From: a virus | Lineage: Duplodnaviria; Caudoviricetes | IMG/VR virus record: IMGVR_UViG_3300025570_000104 | Span: 1-25,095 of that record | Length of the DNA: 25,095 bases | Strand: one strand, 5' to 3' | Shown here: positions 7,169-15,813 of the stretch, one piece after another | Layout of the letters: each line of letters starts with the position of its first letter | Position numbering within the stretch: the stretch's first letter is position 1 | Program-made: the position numbers and the translations under genes | Notes under the pieces: model-generated | What the model was told of the DNA's origin: nothing | Seen by the model: the letters and a program-made list of their open reading frames with translations, nothing else | Database searches by the model: none

Positions 7169-8077
7169 ATGGCACTCGGAACTAATCACGTCACCAATAC
7201 AACTGGTGCAACGTTCATCCCTGAATTGTGGTCTGATGAAATCATCGCAGCCTACAAGCAAAACCTCGTTATGGCGAACCTCGTCTCTAAAATGTCCTTC
7301 AAGGGCAAAAAGGGCGACACTTTGCACATTCCTAAGCCCACTCGTGGCGCTGCTTCTCTCAAGGCTGCATCTACACAAGTGACCCTGCAAGCTGCAACTG
7401 AAACCGAAGTTCAGGTGTTGGTGAACAAGCACTATGAGTACAGCCGCTTGATCGAAGACATCACGGAAACTCAAGCTCTGGCTTCACTGCGTAAGTTTTA
7501 CACTGGTGACGCTGGCTACGCGCTGGCTAAGCAAGTTGACACTGACTTGATCCAATTGGGTCGTGGCGCTCAAGGTGGTAACGGTACTGTCGCTTATGAC
7601 AAGGCTGTTATCGCTTCTGACGGTTCTACCCTGTACACGGGCGCTAACGAAGCTGCAATCACTGACGCTGGTATCCGTAAGGTTATCCAGACGTTGGACG
7701 ATGCTGACGTGCCTATGGACGGTCGTTGCTTGGTATTGCCTCCTGTGGCTCGTAACGTGATGATGGGCTTGGCTCGTTTCACTGAGCAAGCTTTTGTGGG
7801 TGAAGTCGGTGGTGGTAACACTATCCGTAACGGTCAAATCGGTAACGTCTACGGCGTTATGGTTTACGTTTCTACCAACTGCGAGACTGCCACTGGCGAT
7901 GCTCGTATCGGTATGATGTTCCACAAGGACGCTTTTGTGTTGGCAGAGCAGTTGGGTGTACGCTCACAGACTCAGTACAAGCAAGAGTTCTTGGGCACAT
8001 TGTTCACCTCTGACATGCTGTATGGCGTGAAAGAGTTGCGTGATGAAGCTGCTGTTGCAATCGCAATGGCTGCCTAA
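7169..8077 (+). CDS. Major capsid protein (HK97 fold)
   Basis: 302 aa with FIPELWS, GDTLHIP, G..LAKQVD, LDDADVP..GR and D.LYGVKELR motifs. Strong codon bias and a terminator-like hairpin follows. Confidence 0.95.
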   Translation: MALGTNHVTNTTGATFIPELWSDEIIAAYKQNLVMANLVSKMSFKGKKGDTLHIPKPTRGAASLKAASTQVTLQAATETEVQVLVNKHYEYSRLIEDITETQALASLRKFYTGDAGYALAKQVDTDLIQLGRGAQGGNGTVAYDKAVIASDGSTLYTGANEAAITDAGIRKVIQTLDDADVPMDGRCLVLPPVARNVMMGLARFTEQAFVGEVGGGNTIRNGQIGNVYGVMVYVSTNCETATGDARIGMMFHKDAFVLAEQLGVRSQTQYKQEFLGTLFTSDMLYGVKELRDEAAVAIAMAA

Positions 8078-8087
8078 TTAGGTTGAC

Positions 8088-8120
8088 GGGGGACTTCTTA
8101 GGGAGTCTCCCTTCTTTGTT
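8088..8120 (+). terminator. Intrinsic terminator after the capsid gene (probably leaky)
   Basis: Stem GGGGGACTTC (8088-8097) / GGAGTCTCCC (8102-8111), loop TTAG, followed by TTCTTTGTT. Confidence 0.75.
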
Positions 8121-8167
8121 AAAGGGCTTTCTTGTAGAGTCTTTCAACAAAGGAACAAGGAGATTTT

Positions 8168-9364
8168 ATGGCTATTTACCGTGGCTCTGGTGGTAGTGGT
8201 GATGCTACCAATGATGCTTCTATAGCGGCTGTCACAGCCCTTACGATTCGTGCTGAAGATGCTGCTGATGCGGCAGAGGCAAGCGCAGCCGCTGCAACGG
8301 ATGGTGGCAGGCTTACCGCAGGCACAACCACTACAGGAAACCCCGGCACAAACGCGTCTGTGGTTATTACAGGGGATGTTGGTGAGCAAGTAGTCTCTTT
8401 TACCATCCCTCGTGGTGATGTAGGAGCTACAGGTGCTCAAGGGCTACAAGGCGATGCAGGCCCTCAAGGTATTCAAGGTATCCAAGGCGCTACTGGCGAC
8501 ACAGGCCCTCAAGGGCTACAAGGCGATGCAGGCCCTCAGGGTATTCAAGGTATCCAAGGTGAGACAGGAGCTACTGGCCCTCAAGGGTTACAGGGCGATA
8601 CAGGCCCTCAAGGTATCCAAGGTATTCAAGGTATCCAAGGTGAGACAGGAGCCACAGGCCCTCAAGGGTTACAGGGCGATACAGGCCCCCAAGGTATCCA
8701 AGGTATTCAGGGTATCCAAGGTGAGACAGGAGAAACTGGTGCTACAGGCCCACAAGGTGAGCAAGGCATCCAAGGTATTCAGGGTATTCAAGGCGAGACA
8801 GGCGCAACAGGCGCTGGTGTTGTTGTTGGTGGTACGACTGGTCAGGTTTTAAGTAAAGCTAGTGCTACTGACTACGATACCGAGTGGACTACTATTGATG
8901 CTCTACCAGATCAAACGGGTAACAGTGGTAAGTATTTAACCACAGATGGTACTGATCCTTCTTGGGGGACTGTAGGTGGAGGGGATGCTGCACTAGCTTC
9001 TTGGCCTGTTGGTTCTGTATTTATTTCTGTAGTTGCCACAAACCCAAACACTCTTTTAGGTGGTGGAACATGGGTAGCCTTTGGTGCTGGTCGTGTTCTG
9101 GTTGGTATTGATGCTGGACAGACTGAGTTTGATACGGTAGAAGAAGTTGGAGGTGCTAAGACACACACTCTGACAACGGCACAAATGCCAAGTCACACGC
9201 ACACGGTAAATTATGGTAATCTTGACTGGGTGGGTGGCTCTACTTCTTTCCAAGGTAGACTCGTTGTGCAGGGCGCTTTATCCTCTGGTGCTGCTGGTGG
9301 TAATGGTGCTCACAACAACTTACAACCATACATTGTTTGCCACTTCTGGAAAAGGATAGCCTAA
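8168..9364 (+). CDS. Collagen-repeat tail fibre/spike with T4 gp10/gp12-like C-terminal domain
   Basis: SD AAGGAG. About 45 Gly-X-Y triplets, and a C-terminal [27 protein letters not shown]...[16 protein letters not shown]...[12 protein letters not shown] domain. Confidence 0.88.
   Translation: MAIYRGSGGSGDATNDASIAAVTALTIRAEDAADAAEASAAAATDGGRLTAGTTTTGNPGTNASVVITGDVGEQVVSFTIPRGDVGATGAQGLQGDAGPQGIQGIQGATGDTGPQGLQGDAGPQGIQGIQGETGATGPQGLQGDTGPQGIQGIQGIQGETGATGPQGLQGDTGPQGIQGIQGIQGETGETGATGPQGEQGIQGIQGIQGETGATGAGVVVGGTTGQVLSKASATDYDTEWTTIDALPDQTGNSGKYLTTDGTDPSWGTVGGGDAALASWPVGSVFISVVATNPNTLLGGGTWVAFGAGRVLVGIDAGQTEFDTVEEVGGAKTHTLTTAQMPSHTHTVNYGNLDWVGGSTSFQGRLVVQGALSSGAAGGNGAHNNLQPYIVCHFWKRIA
8414..8818 (+). 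repeat. Collagen-like tandem repeat (9-bp units in higher-order blocks of about 72-90 bp)
   Basis: Uninterrupted G-X-Y run with a recurring block [11 protein letters not shown](A/T)-GPQ-GIQ-GIQ-(GIQ)-GET and near-identical DNA between blocks. Confidence 0.95.
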
Positions 9365-9366
9365 AA

Positions 9367-9747
9367 ATGAGATTAACTATTATTCCCTCGGATAACATGA
9401 TAAGCATGGACGGGCGTGTTTTGGAGTTTTCTTTTGACGCACCTTCTGACTTACACGCAATACAATGGTATGACGATAATACTGGGGACGTTGCGACAGA
9501 TGGTGGAAGACAGTCTCGGAGCGCAACCCTTGATGATGTTACGCCTTATGTCAATCTGTTTAATGCCGAAGCACAACGATTGGAAAATATTGAAGTACCT
9601 CCTCCTACCTACGCAGAACTACGTGCCGCAGAGTACCCACCAATAGAAGACTATATTGACGGTGTTGTAAAGGGTGACCAAGCGCAGATTGACGCATATA
9701 TTGCGGCCTGTCAGGCTGTTAAAGCTAAGTATCCAAAGGGTGAATAA
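9367..9747 (+). CDS. Probable tail fibre assembly chaperone
   Basis: Follows the fibre gene. HAIQW motif and C-terminal YAELRAAEYPPIEDYID...VKAKYPK are typical of fibre-associated proteins. Start reset to ATG 9367 (SD AAGGA). Confidence 0.7.
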   Translation: MRLTIIPSDNMISMDGRVLEFSFDAPSDLHAIQWYDDNTGDVATDGGRQSRSATLDDVTPYVNLFNAEAQRLENIEVPPPTYAELRAAEYPPIEDYIDGVVKGDQAQIDAYIAACQAVKAKYPKGE

Positions 9748-9749
9748 CA

Positions 9750-9953
9750 ATGGGAAACATAGACCCCGTAGAATATGGGAGACTAACAGCACAGGTTGAG
9801 AACTTAACTTGTAAAGTAGAGAGCATGGAGACAGACATCAAAGAGCTACTGGCCTTGGCTAACAAAAGCAAAGGTGGGTTCTGGATGGGTATGTCTATAG
9901 CCTCCGCTGCTGGTGGTTTACTTACATGGCTTTTAACATATTGGAATAGATAA
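9750..9953 (+). CDS. Small membrane protein, holin candidate
   Basis: 67 aa. Coiled coil (YGRLTAQVENL...) followed by a single C-terminal TM segment (GGFWMGMSIASAAGGLLTWLL). Confidence 0.6.
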   Translation: MGNIDPVEYGRLTAQVENLTCKVESMETDIKELLALANKSKGGFWMGMSIASAAGGLLTWLLTYWNR

Positions 9954-10396
9954 TGCTTGCTGAACTTGCGATAGCCAACGCTGCTTTTGGTGTTATTAAG
10001 GAGACTATAGCCAATGGTGGTGACATTATGGCAGCGGGTCAGCACATCTTCAAGTTCTTTGATTCTAAGTCTGAGCTTGCAAAGAAAGCTAATAAGTCGG
10101 GATCAGACTCAGAGGCTTTCTTTGCGCTGGAGCAGATTAAGCAACATGAGGCGGCTATCCAAGAGCTATTCATCTATCAAGGCAGAGCAGGGCTTTGGGA
10201 TGATTGGTTAAAGTTTCAAGCGGAGGCAAAGCGTAAACGTGATGCTGAGGCTAGAGAGATTGTGTTAGCGGAGATTAAACGTAAAGAGAAACTGTGGGCT
10301 GTGATTAACGGATTCTTAATTATCGCCTCTGTCTTAACAGGGGTAGTCATTATAGCTGGTTTCATCTGGCTTGTTGTAACAAAGGGTGCATTATGA
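9953..10396 (+). CDS. Hypothetical membrane-anchored protein
   Basis: 147 aa, TAATG-coupled. Helical, with a long C-terminal hydrophobic segment (LWAVINGFLIIASVLTGVVIIAGFIWLVV). Confidence 0.8.
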   Translation: MLAELAIANAAFGVIKETIANGGDIMAAGQHIFKFFDSKSELAKKANKSGSDSEAFFALEQIKQHEAAIQELFIYQGRAGLWDDWLKFQAEAKRKRDAEAREIVLAEIKRKEKLWAVINGFLIIASVLTGVVIIAGFIWLVVTKGAL

Positions 10397-10452
10397 GAGA
10401 ATTACCAAAGCGCAATGAGCGTTCCAAGAAGAACAAGAAGAAGAAGAAATGA
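10393..10452 (+). CDS. 19-aa lysine-rich micropeptide MRELPKRNERSKKNKKKKK
   Basis: Not in the ORF track. It has ATGA overlaps with both the upstream stop (10393-10396) and the downstream start (10449-10452). Confidence 0.7.
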   Translation: MRELPKRNERSKKNKKKKK

Positions 10453-10796
10453 AACACACAGTAGGTAAAATAATACAACCCGCTACGTTGACAGAGTTGT
10501 TTAAAGTCCCCGCTGGTTATAAAGCTGAGGTTAGTACCTTGTTTGCTAGTAACCGCCAAGGGAATAACAAAACTGTCTCCATGTACTGGCAACACGCTCA
10601 CGACATAGACCACAAGATTTATATTATAACTGAGTATGTACTTAACGCTAACGACTATGTACAGTTTAGCGACAGTATGGTTATGCAAAGCGGTGACTCC
10701 ATACAAGTGCTGACAGAAGCTGCCTCGTTAATGAATGTTATGGCTTCGTTTGACCTCAGAAAAGAACCACAAACTGTAGCATTTGACGGTGAATAA
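10449..10796 (+). CDS. Hypothetical protein, probable beta-sandwich virion component
   Basis: 115 aa, beta-strand-rich pattern (ELFKVPAGYKAEVSTLFASN...MQSGDSIQV), located in the structural module. Confidence 0.75.
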   Translation: MKHTVGKIIQPATLTELFKVPAGYKAEVSTLFASNRQGNNKTVSMYWQHAHDIDHKIYIITEYVLNANDYVQFSDSMVMQSGDSIQVLTEAASLMNVMASFDLRKEPQTVAFDGE

Positions 10797-10798
10797 GC

Positions 10799-10827
10799 TT
10801 GACAAATTGAGAAATCTGTGGTATAAT
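10799..10827 (+). promoter_or_regulatory. Sigma70 promoter P3 (tail/ejection genes)
   Basis: TTGACA 10799-10804, 17-nt spacer, TGn extension, TATAAT 10822-10827. Confidence 0.92.
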
Positions 10828-10847
10828 AGCAACAAAGGAAGAAACAA

Positions 10848-11507
10848 ATGACATATTTAGAACTTGTCAATAAAGTCTTACGTCGATTACGTGAGTCAGA
10901 AACAGGTACTGTTCAAGGTGTAGGTGATGTTAACAGTTATCCACGCCTTATCGGAGACTTTGTTAATGAAGCAAAGAGTCAGGTTGAAGCTGCGTGGGAC
11001 TGGAGTGCTCTTCGGTCTACCTTGACCCTGACTACTACAGCTAACATCTTTAACTACGAGTTGAATGGTGCGAAGAATAACTTCAAGGTGTTAGATGTCT
11101 GGAATGACACTAAGGACATTGAGTTACAGTATCAGACTAGCTCTTGGTTCAACAAGGCATTTATAGGTAGCGATGCCCCAAGAGGCTGTCCCTCCTACTA
11201 CAACTTTAACGGTGTTAGTGTAGACCGCGATACTCAAGTAGACTTATACCCAATTCCTGATGGTGTATATGATTTACGTTTTAACATCTTGTTACGTAAC
11301 GAAGAGTTAACAGCGGATGCAGATACTGTTGTAATACCGACCCGACCTATCGTCCTGTTTGCTACGGCGATGGCGATTGAGGAACGTGGTGAAGATGGTG
11401 GTCAACAGAGTATTAACGCCTACGGTGCTGCTCAGTCGGCATTGGCAGATGAGATTGCGATGGATGCGGCTCGTCACCCAGAGGATACTATTTGGTATAG
11501 CGTATGA
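10848..11507 (+). CDS. Head-tail adaptor (tail tubular protein A-like)
   Basis: MTYLELVNKVLRRLRE, VNEAK...WDW and LYPIPDGVY are typical podovirus adaptor motifs. SD AAGGA. Confidence 0.82.
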   Translation: MTYLELVNKVLRRLRESETGTVQGVGDVNSYPRLIGDFVNEAKSQVEAAWDWSALRSTLTLTTTANIFNYELNGAKNNFKVLDVWNDTKDIELQYQTSSWFNKAFIGSDAPRGCPSYYNFNGVSVDRDTQVDLYPIPDGVYDLRFNILLRNEELTADADTVVIPTRPIVLFATAMAIEERGEDGGQQSINAYGAAQSALADEIAMDAARHPEDTIWYSV

Positions 11508-13075
11508 AACAATTACAAACACTCTCAGTAGTCTCTCCCGGCTTCTTCGGTTTAAACACCCAAGAGAGTGGCATCACCTTATCATCTAACTACGCGCAAG
11601 AAACTAACAATGTTATTATTGATAAGTATGGTCGCTTAGGTTCCCGTAAGGGTTGGCAGATGCGTACATTAGAAGGTGATACACAGCTTGAAGGTGAACC
11701 CATAGAGTTCTTGATGGAGCATATTAACGGTGATAACACTGCTGTTACTATCTCTGGCGGTAATAGTAAGTTGCTCCTCAACGGTTCTAATGTTGACAAC
11801 TTTATCGAGATAACACCTGCTGGTTACACGATTACAAAGAACAACTGGAAAGGTGCTTCGTTATACGACCATGCTTTAATTGTTCAAGAGGCACATGCTC
11901 CTATTGTCTACTGTGAGAGTGAGTCACCAGTAACGCAAACTCTTGACGATGTTACAGGGGTTACTCAGTCTTTCGGACTTAATCACCCTAGGGACGTTCT
12001 TGCTGCCTATGGTCGCTTTTGGGTACACGATGGAACCTTTGTCTACTGGTCAACAGATATAGCAGACTCAGCCTTTCCAGCCTTTGCAGGGGGCACTAGC
12101 GGCTTTCTAAACATTGCCTCTGTCCTCCCTAACAACGTGGATACTATCGTTGCCTTAGCCTCTTACAACGGCTTCTTGGTTATCTTCTGTGAGCGTAACA
12201 TTATTGTTTACAGAGGGCCAGAGAACCCACTAGGCGACTTTGCACTTCAGGATGTTATCGCAGGGGTTGGCTGTGTTGCTCGTGATAGTGTGCAAGGTAC
12301 AGGTAATGACTTGATCTTCCTATCTGATACAGGTGTTCGTTCTTTGGGTCGCTTGATTCAAGAGAAGTCTGTACCGTTACGTGATTTAACAACTAATGTC
12401 CGTGATGACGTGTTACTTGACATAACGATAGAACGGTTTAACACGGTGATTACAGATGGTGCTTCTGACCTACGGAATGTAAAGTCAGTGTACTCTGAGT
12501 TAAACGCTTTCTACCTGCTCTCCTTACCTTCTCTCAAAAAGGTATATTGTCTAGATATGCGTAAGCCCTTAGACACAGGAGCTGCCCGTGTTACTACTTG
12601 GACAGAGTACGAGGCAAAGGCGCTTACCCGCACTCGTGGTCGTGAGTTGTTAATTGGTAAGCCTGACGGTATTGGTGTTTATGACACATACCAAGACAAC
12701 GGTGCAGCGTACCAGCTTAAATACTCCTCGCACTATTTGGACTTAGGGCTACCTACTGCCAATAAAATGCTCAAGCAGATTAACGCTACCGTTATCGGAG
12801 GTACTAACCAAACGTTTGTCATTAAGACTAGCTTTGATTATACTGGCGCTATTCGTTCTTTCCCCTTCACCATTATAACTGGAGAGGTTTTTGAGTATGG
12901 GATTGCTGAGTATAACATCTCTGAATACACATTTGGTGTTGTTCTTGAGGCAGTTAAAAGCAATGCTGGTGGTAGTGGAAACGTAATTCAAATCGGCTTT
13001 GAGGCTGAGGTAAATGGTAATGAGTTGTCAGTACAAAAGATTGACATGTTTGCTAAAACAGGAAGGATAAGTTAA
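11504..13075 (+). CDS. Tail nozzle/stabilisation protein (tubular protein B or P22 gp10-like)
   Basis: 523 aa after the adaptor, with beta-propeller-like motifs PGFFGLN, GRL..RKG and GVGCVARDSV...DLIFLS..GVRSL. Confidence 0.82.
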   Translation: MKQLQTLSVVSPGFFGLNTQESGITLSSNYAQETNNVIIDKYGRLGSRKGWQMRTLEGDTQLEGEPIEFLMEHINGDNTAVTISGGNSKLLLNGSNVDNFIEITPAGYTITKNNWKGASLYDHALIVQEAHAPIVYCESESPVTQTLDDVTGVTQSFGLNHPRDVLAAYGRFWVHDGTFVYWSTDIADSAFPAFAGGTSGFLNIASVLPNNVDTIVALASYNGFLVIFCERNIIVYRGPENPLGDFALQDVIAGVGCVARDSVQGTGNDLIFLSDTGVRSLGRLIQEKSVPLRDLTTNVRDDVLLDITIERFNTVITDGASDLRNVKSVYSELNAFYLLSLPSLKKVYCLDMRKPLDTGAARVTTWTEYEAKALTRTRGRELLIGKPDGIGVYDTYQDNGAAYQLKYSSHYLDLGLPTANKMLKQINATVIGGTNQTFVIKTSFDYTGAIRSFPFTIITGEVFEYGIAEYNISEYTFGVVLEAVKSNAGGSGNVIQIGFEAEVNGNELSVQKIDMFAKTGRIS

Positions 13076-13767
13076 TGTCAAATTATTTAAAGGTTACAAA
13101 CTTTGCCGTTAAGGATGGTTTAACCACAGGAGATCCAAACAAGATTGTTAAAGGCGCTGAGATTAACTTTGAGTTCGACGCCATTCAAACAGCAGTTAAC
13201 GGAAAGGCTGACTTAGAAAGCCCTGTCTTTACTGGCGCACCTAAAGCACCCACAGCTCCCTTGGGCACAGAGACAACGCAAATAGCGAGTACCTTGTTTG
13301 TTAAGCAAACTATCGACGCTAATAATGAGGTAGGGACTCTTGGCACACAAGATAAGGATGCCGTAGATATTACGGGTGGGACAATAGTAGGGTTAACTCA
13401 ACTTGAGATAGATGCTTCTGCTCAGGCGGGGACACAAGCAAGTTTAGATGTTCCCTCTAGGACAGGCGCTGGTGCTTCTGGCTCTTGGGCTATTGATATA
13501 ACAGGGTCACCAGCAAGCATTTCAACCGCTGTGGTTAATGCTGCAATTGCGGGTTCAACTCTAGGGTCAATAGGCACTTATACTCTACTGTCTGTAGATC
13601 CCGTTCCCGGCACTTTTTACTACGTGAGTCTAAATTCAAACCTTTCCCCCGGCGATGTTAGTATGTATCAGCATGGCGTGGCTCCCGGTACTTGGAGGGC
13701 TATGGGGCCTATATCTGGTTCAGCCAACGGCGCATACGCTACAAATCTTTATCTTAGATACGCATAA
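13075..13767 (+). CDS. Short tail fibre protein
   Basis: N-terminal virion-anchoring segment (EINFEFDAIQTAVNGKAD), fibre repeat SPVFTGAPKAPTA, and C-terminal IGTY...PGTWRAMG...LYLRYA. Confidence 0.78.
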   Translation: MSNYLKVTNFAVKDGLTTGDPNKIVKGAEINFEFDAIQTAVNGKADLESPVFTGAPKAPTAPLGTETTQIASTLFVKQTIDANNEVGTLGTQDKDAVDITGGTIVGLTQLEIDASAQAGTQASLDVPSRTGAGASGSWAIDITGSPASISTAVVNAAIAGSTLGSIGTYTLLSVDPVPGTFYYVSLNSNLSPGDVSMYQHGVAPGTWRAMGPISGSANGAYATNLYLRYA

Positions 13768-13778
13768 AAGGTATTATC

Positions 13779-13982
13779 ATGGCAAACTTTACTTCACTTA
13801 AAAACCCTAAATGGGCTAACGACGAGCAAACAGCAATTGTTTGTCTTGTCACTTTTGACATATTTGGCGACGAAGAGATTTATTTCGTTGCTACTAATTA
13901 CGACCCCGAAGAGCATGGGCGTGTACTCTTCCAAGAGTTGGTTGATGGCAAACATGGGCCTATTGCGCCTAAAGGAGAATAA
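13779..13982 (+). CDS. Tail fibre assembly protein-like
   Basis: NPKWAN...I.C.V.F...F.A...DPEEHGR.LF..L..GK.GPIA resembles the N-terminal part of phage fibre-assembly chaperones. Adjacent to the fibre gene. Confidence 0.7.
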   Translation: MANFTSLKNPKWANDEQTAIVCLVTFDIFGDEEIYFVATNYDPEEHGRVLFQELVDGKHGPIAPKGE

Positions 13983-13984
13983 GT

Positions 13985-14854
13985 ATGGATCCGGCAACGA
14001 TGGGGCTTATTGCTCAAGTAGGGGGCGGTTTATTGGCGGGGATGGGTGCTGATAGCGCTGGAAGTGGTATGGGTGCGGCAGCTTTAAGAGCCGCTGAGAT
14101 GGCAAGGTTTGACCCTTATGGTGTTACAACAGGTAACGCTAAGGCTATCTTTGATACAGATGCAAAGACAGCTACCTACGAGTTAACCCCTGATATGCAA
14201 GCCCGACGAGATCGGATGTATGGGTTAAGCGATGAGCAGTTAGCAGCGATTAACCTAGACACCTCTCAGAACGCTCTAGATTATTATAACCAACAGCAAG
14301 GCTTAATGTCTGGTGGTCGTACAGCAGAAGACATTGCCCTTCGTCAGTCTCAACTAGCTGGCGGTCGTATTGGCTTAGGTTTGTCAGGCGCGGCTGTGGG
14401 TGCTGGAGCAGGTACGGGGTATGTTAACCCTGAGCAATACCAACGCGACTTAGCTCGTGCTCAAGCGGATGCTCAGTTAAGTGCCTTGTCAGATGAGAGA
14501 GCAAGGTCAATACTAGACCAAGACATCGCCCGTGGTCAAGGGTTCTTTAACTTTGGACAGGGTATTGAACAACTGGGTATTGATACAATGAACCTTGGTG
14601 CTGACTACGGTAAAGCCTCTGCTCAAGCTGGCGCTAATGCTGGTCAGTTATTGTTAGGTGGTCAAAAAGCTGCTACTGATTATAACTTATCTGGGGATCT
14701 AAATAGAGCAGGGATGTTACAGCAATTTGGTACAGGGTTAATCAACAACAGTGGACAAGGTGGTAATACGCCTTTTAACCTTACTTTTGATGGGGGTTCA
14801 AACAGCTACGGAGACACAGGTAGCATATGGGGCAACTCAATTTACTCACCTTAA
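13985..14854 (+). CDS. Internal virion/DNA ejection protein 1
   Basis: SD AAGGAG. Gly/Ala-rich hydrophobic N-terminus (MDPATMGLIAQVGGGLLAG), Q-rich helices, positioned after the tail genes. Confidence 0.72.
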   Translation: MDPATMGLIAQVGGGLLAGMGADSAGSGMGAAALRAAEMARFDPYGVTTGNAKAIFDTDAKTATYELTPDMQARRDRMYGLSDEQLAAINLDTSQNALDYYNQQQGLMSGGRTAEDIALRQSQLAGGRIGLGLSGAAVGAGAGTGYVNPEQYQRDLARAQADAQLSALSDERARSILDQDIARGQGFFNFGQGIEQLGIDTMNLGADYGKASAQAGANAGQLLLGGQKAATDYNLSGDLNRAGMLQQFGTGLINNSGQGGNTPFNLTFDGGSNSYGDTGSIWGNSIYSP

Positions 14855-14868
14855 CAGAGGAATAAATA

Positions 14869-15792
14869 ATGGCTAGTGAAATTTTAGGTTTATTTGGAAA
14901 GACTCCTGCTCAAATACGTCAAGAGCAATTTGACAGTATGATGGTTTCTCCTACTCAGACGGGGAGCCAAGGGTTACTTCAACAAGTAGTTTCAATGGGG
15001 AGGAATGCTGGTTCAGCGGCTGGCGGTATGGCTGGTCGTATGATGGGTGGTATGGCTCCCGGCGAACGTGAAGCAATGGTTATGCAAGACGTGATGCAAC
15101 AAGTGGGGCAAGACCCTAACATGACACAGGCTGAGCGTTTGCGTAAGATGGCTGAGATTGTATCACAACAACCGGGCATGGGGGATCAAGCCTTAAAGTT
15201 GCAAGCGGCAGCTAACCAGCTGGAAGCCCAGAAGATGAAGATTGACGAGGCTAAGTTCAAACAGGCTAATAGGTTTGAAGACAGGAAAGAAACAAGAATG
15301 GTTCCTGATGTGTACGGTGGTTTTGTACCTAAGCAATTCTACTGGACTGAGAAGTATAATGAGCAAACAGGTAAGTGGGAGAAGATGACTGCCCCTTCTG
15401 AGACACCTCCTCCTGCTGCTGGTGGTGGTGGTGGTGGAGAGGATAAAAATGCCTTGGATGCGGAAGCTGAACGGAGAGCTAAAGAAAAAGCAGGGGAGAC
15501 CCAAGGAGGGGCTACTACTCCGGAATCAGTAAACGATTTGGTTAATGCTTCCACAAGCAACGTTGACATGGCTGCTCTAGAAAAGCAAGCTCAAGCTGAT
15601 CGTGCTAATGCAGCATATGAAACTGAAGCTAAAGAGATAAGTAGTTTGTATCAGTTAACACCTGCTGTTATTGCTGGCCTCACTAGACAGCAAGCTATAG
15701 CTGCCTTTAGGAAATACAAGAAGAATTTAACTAAAGAACAGACTGATGCTATCTTGGAAAAAGCAGGGGCACGTCGTACTCAATTTAGATAA
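14869..15792 (+). CDS. Internal virion/DNA ejection protein 2
   Basis: SD GAGGA. Q/M/G/A-rich helical protein with a PPPAAGGGGGG linker, in the ejection-protein position. Confidence 0.68.
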   Translation: MASEILGLFGKTPAQIRQEQFDSMMVSPTQTGSQGLLQQVVSMGRNAGSAAGGMAGRMMGGMAPGEREAMVMQDVMQQVGQDPNMTQAERLRKMAEIVSQQPGMGDQALKLQAAANQLEAQKMKIDEAKFKQANRFEDRKETRMVPDVYGGFVPKQFYWTEKYNEQTGKWEKMTAPSETPPPAAGGGGGGEDKNALDAEAERRAKEKAGETQGGATTPESVNDLVNASTSNVDMAALEKQAQADRANAAYETEAKEISSLYQLTPAVIAGLTRQQAIAAFRKYKKNLTKEQTDAILEKAGARRTQFR

Positions 15793-15813
15793 GCAATACA
15801 AAGAAAGTAAAGA

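Noticed and set aside
7484-7924. 146-aa antisense ORF in the capsid gene
   Set aside because: Shadow ORF from strong codon bias, with no motif or promoter.
8414-8818. Possible CRISPR-like array
   Set aside because: There are no unique spacers. It is an in-frame coding tandem repeat.
8433-8852. 139-aa alternative-frame ORF with KVFKVSK repeats
   Set aside because: By-product of the collagen repeat lacking stops in that frame, with no SD or slippery site seen.
15406-15438. (CCT)n/(GGT)n run as a G-quadruplex or contingency repeat
   Set aside because: It is short and in frame, and is explained by a Pro/Gly linker.
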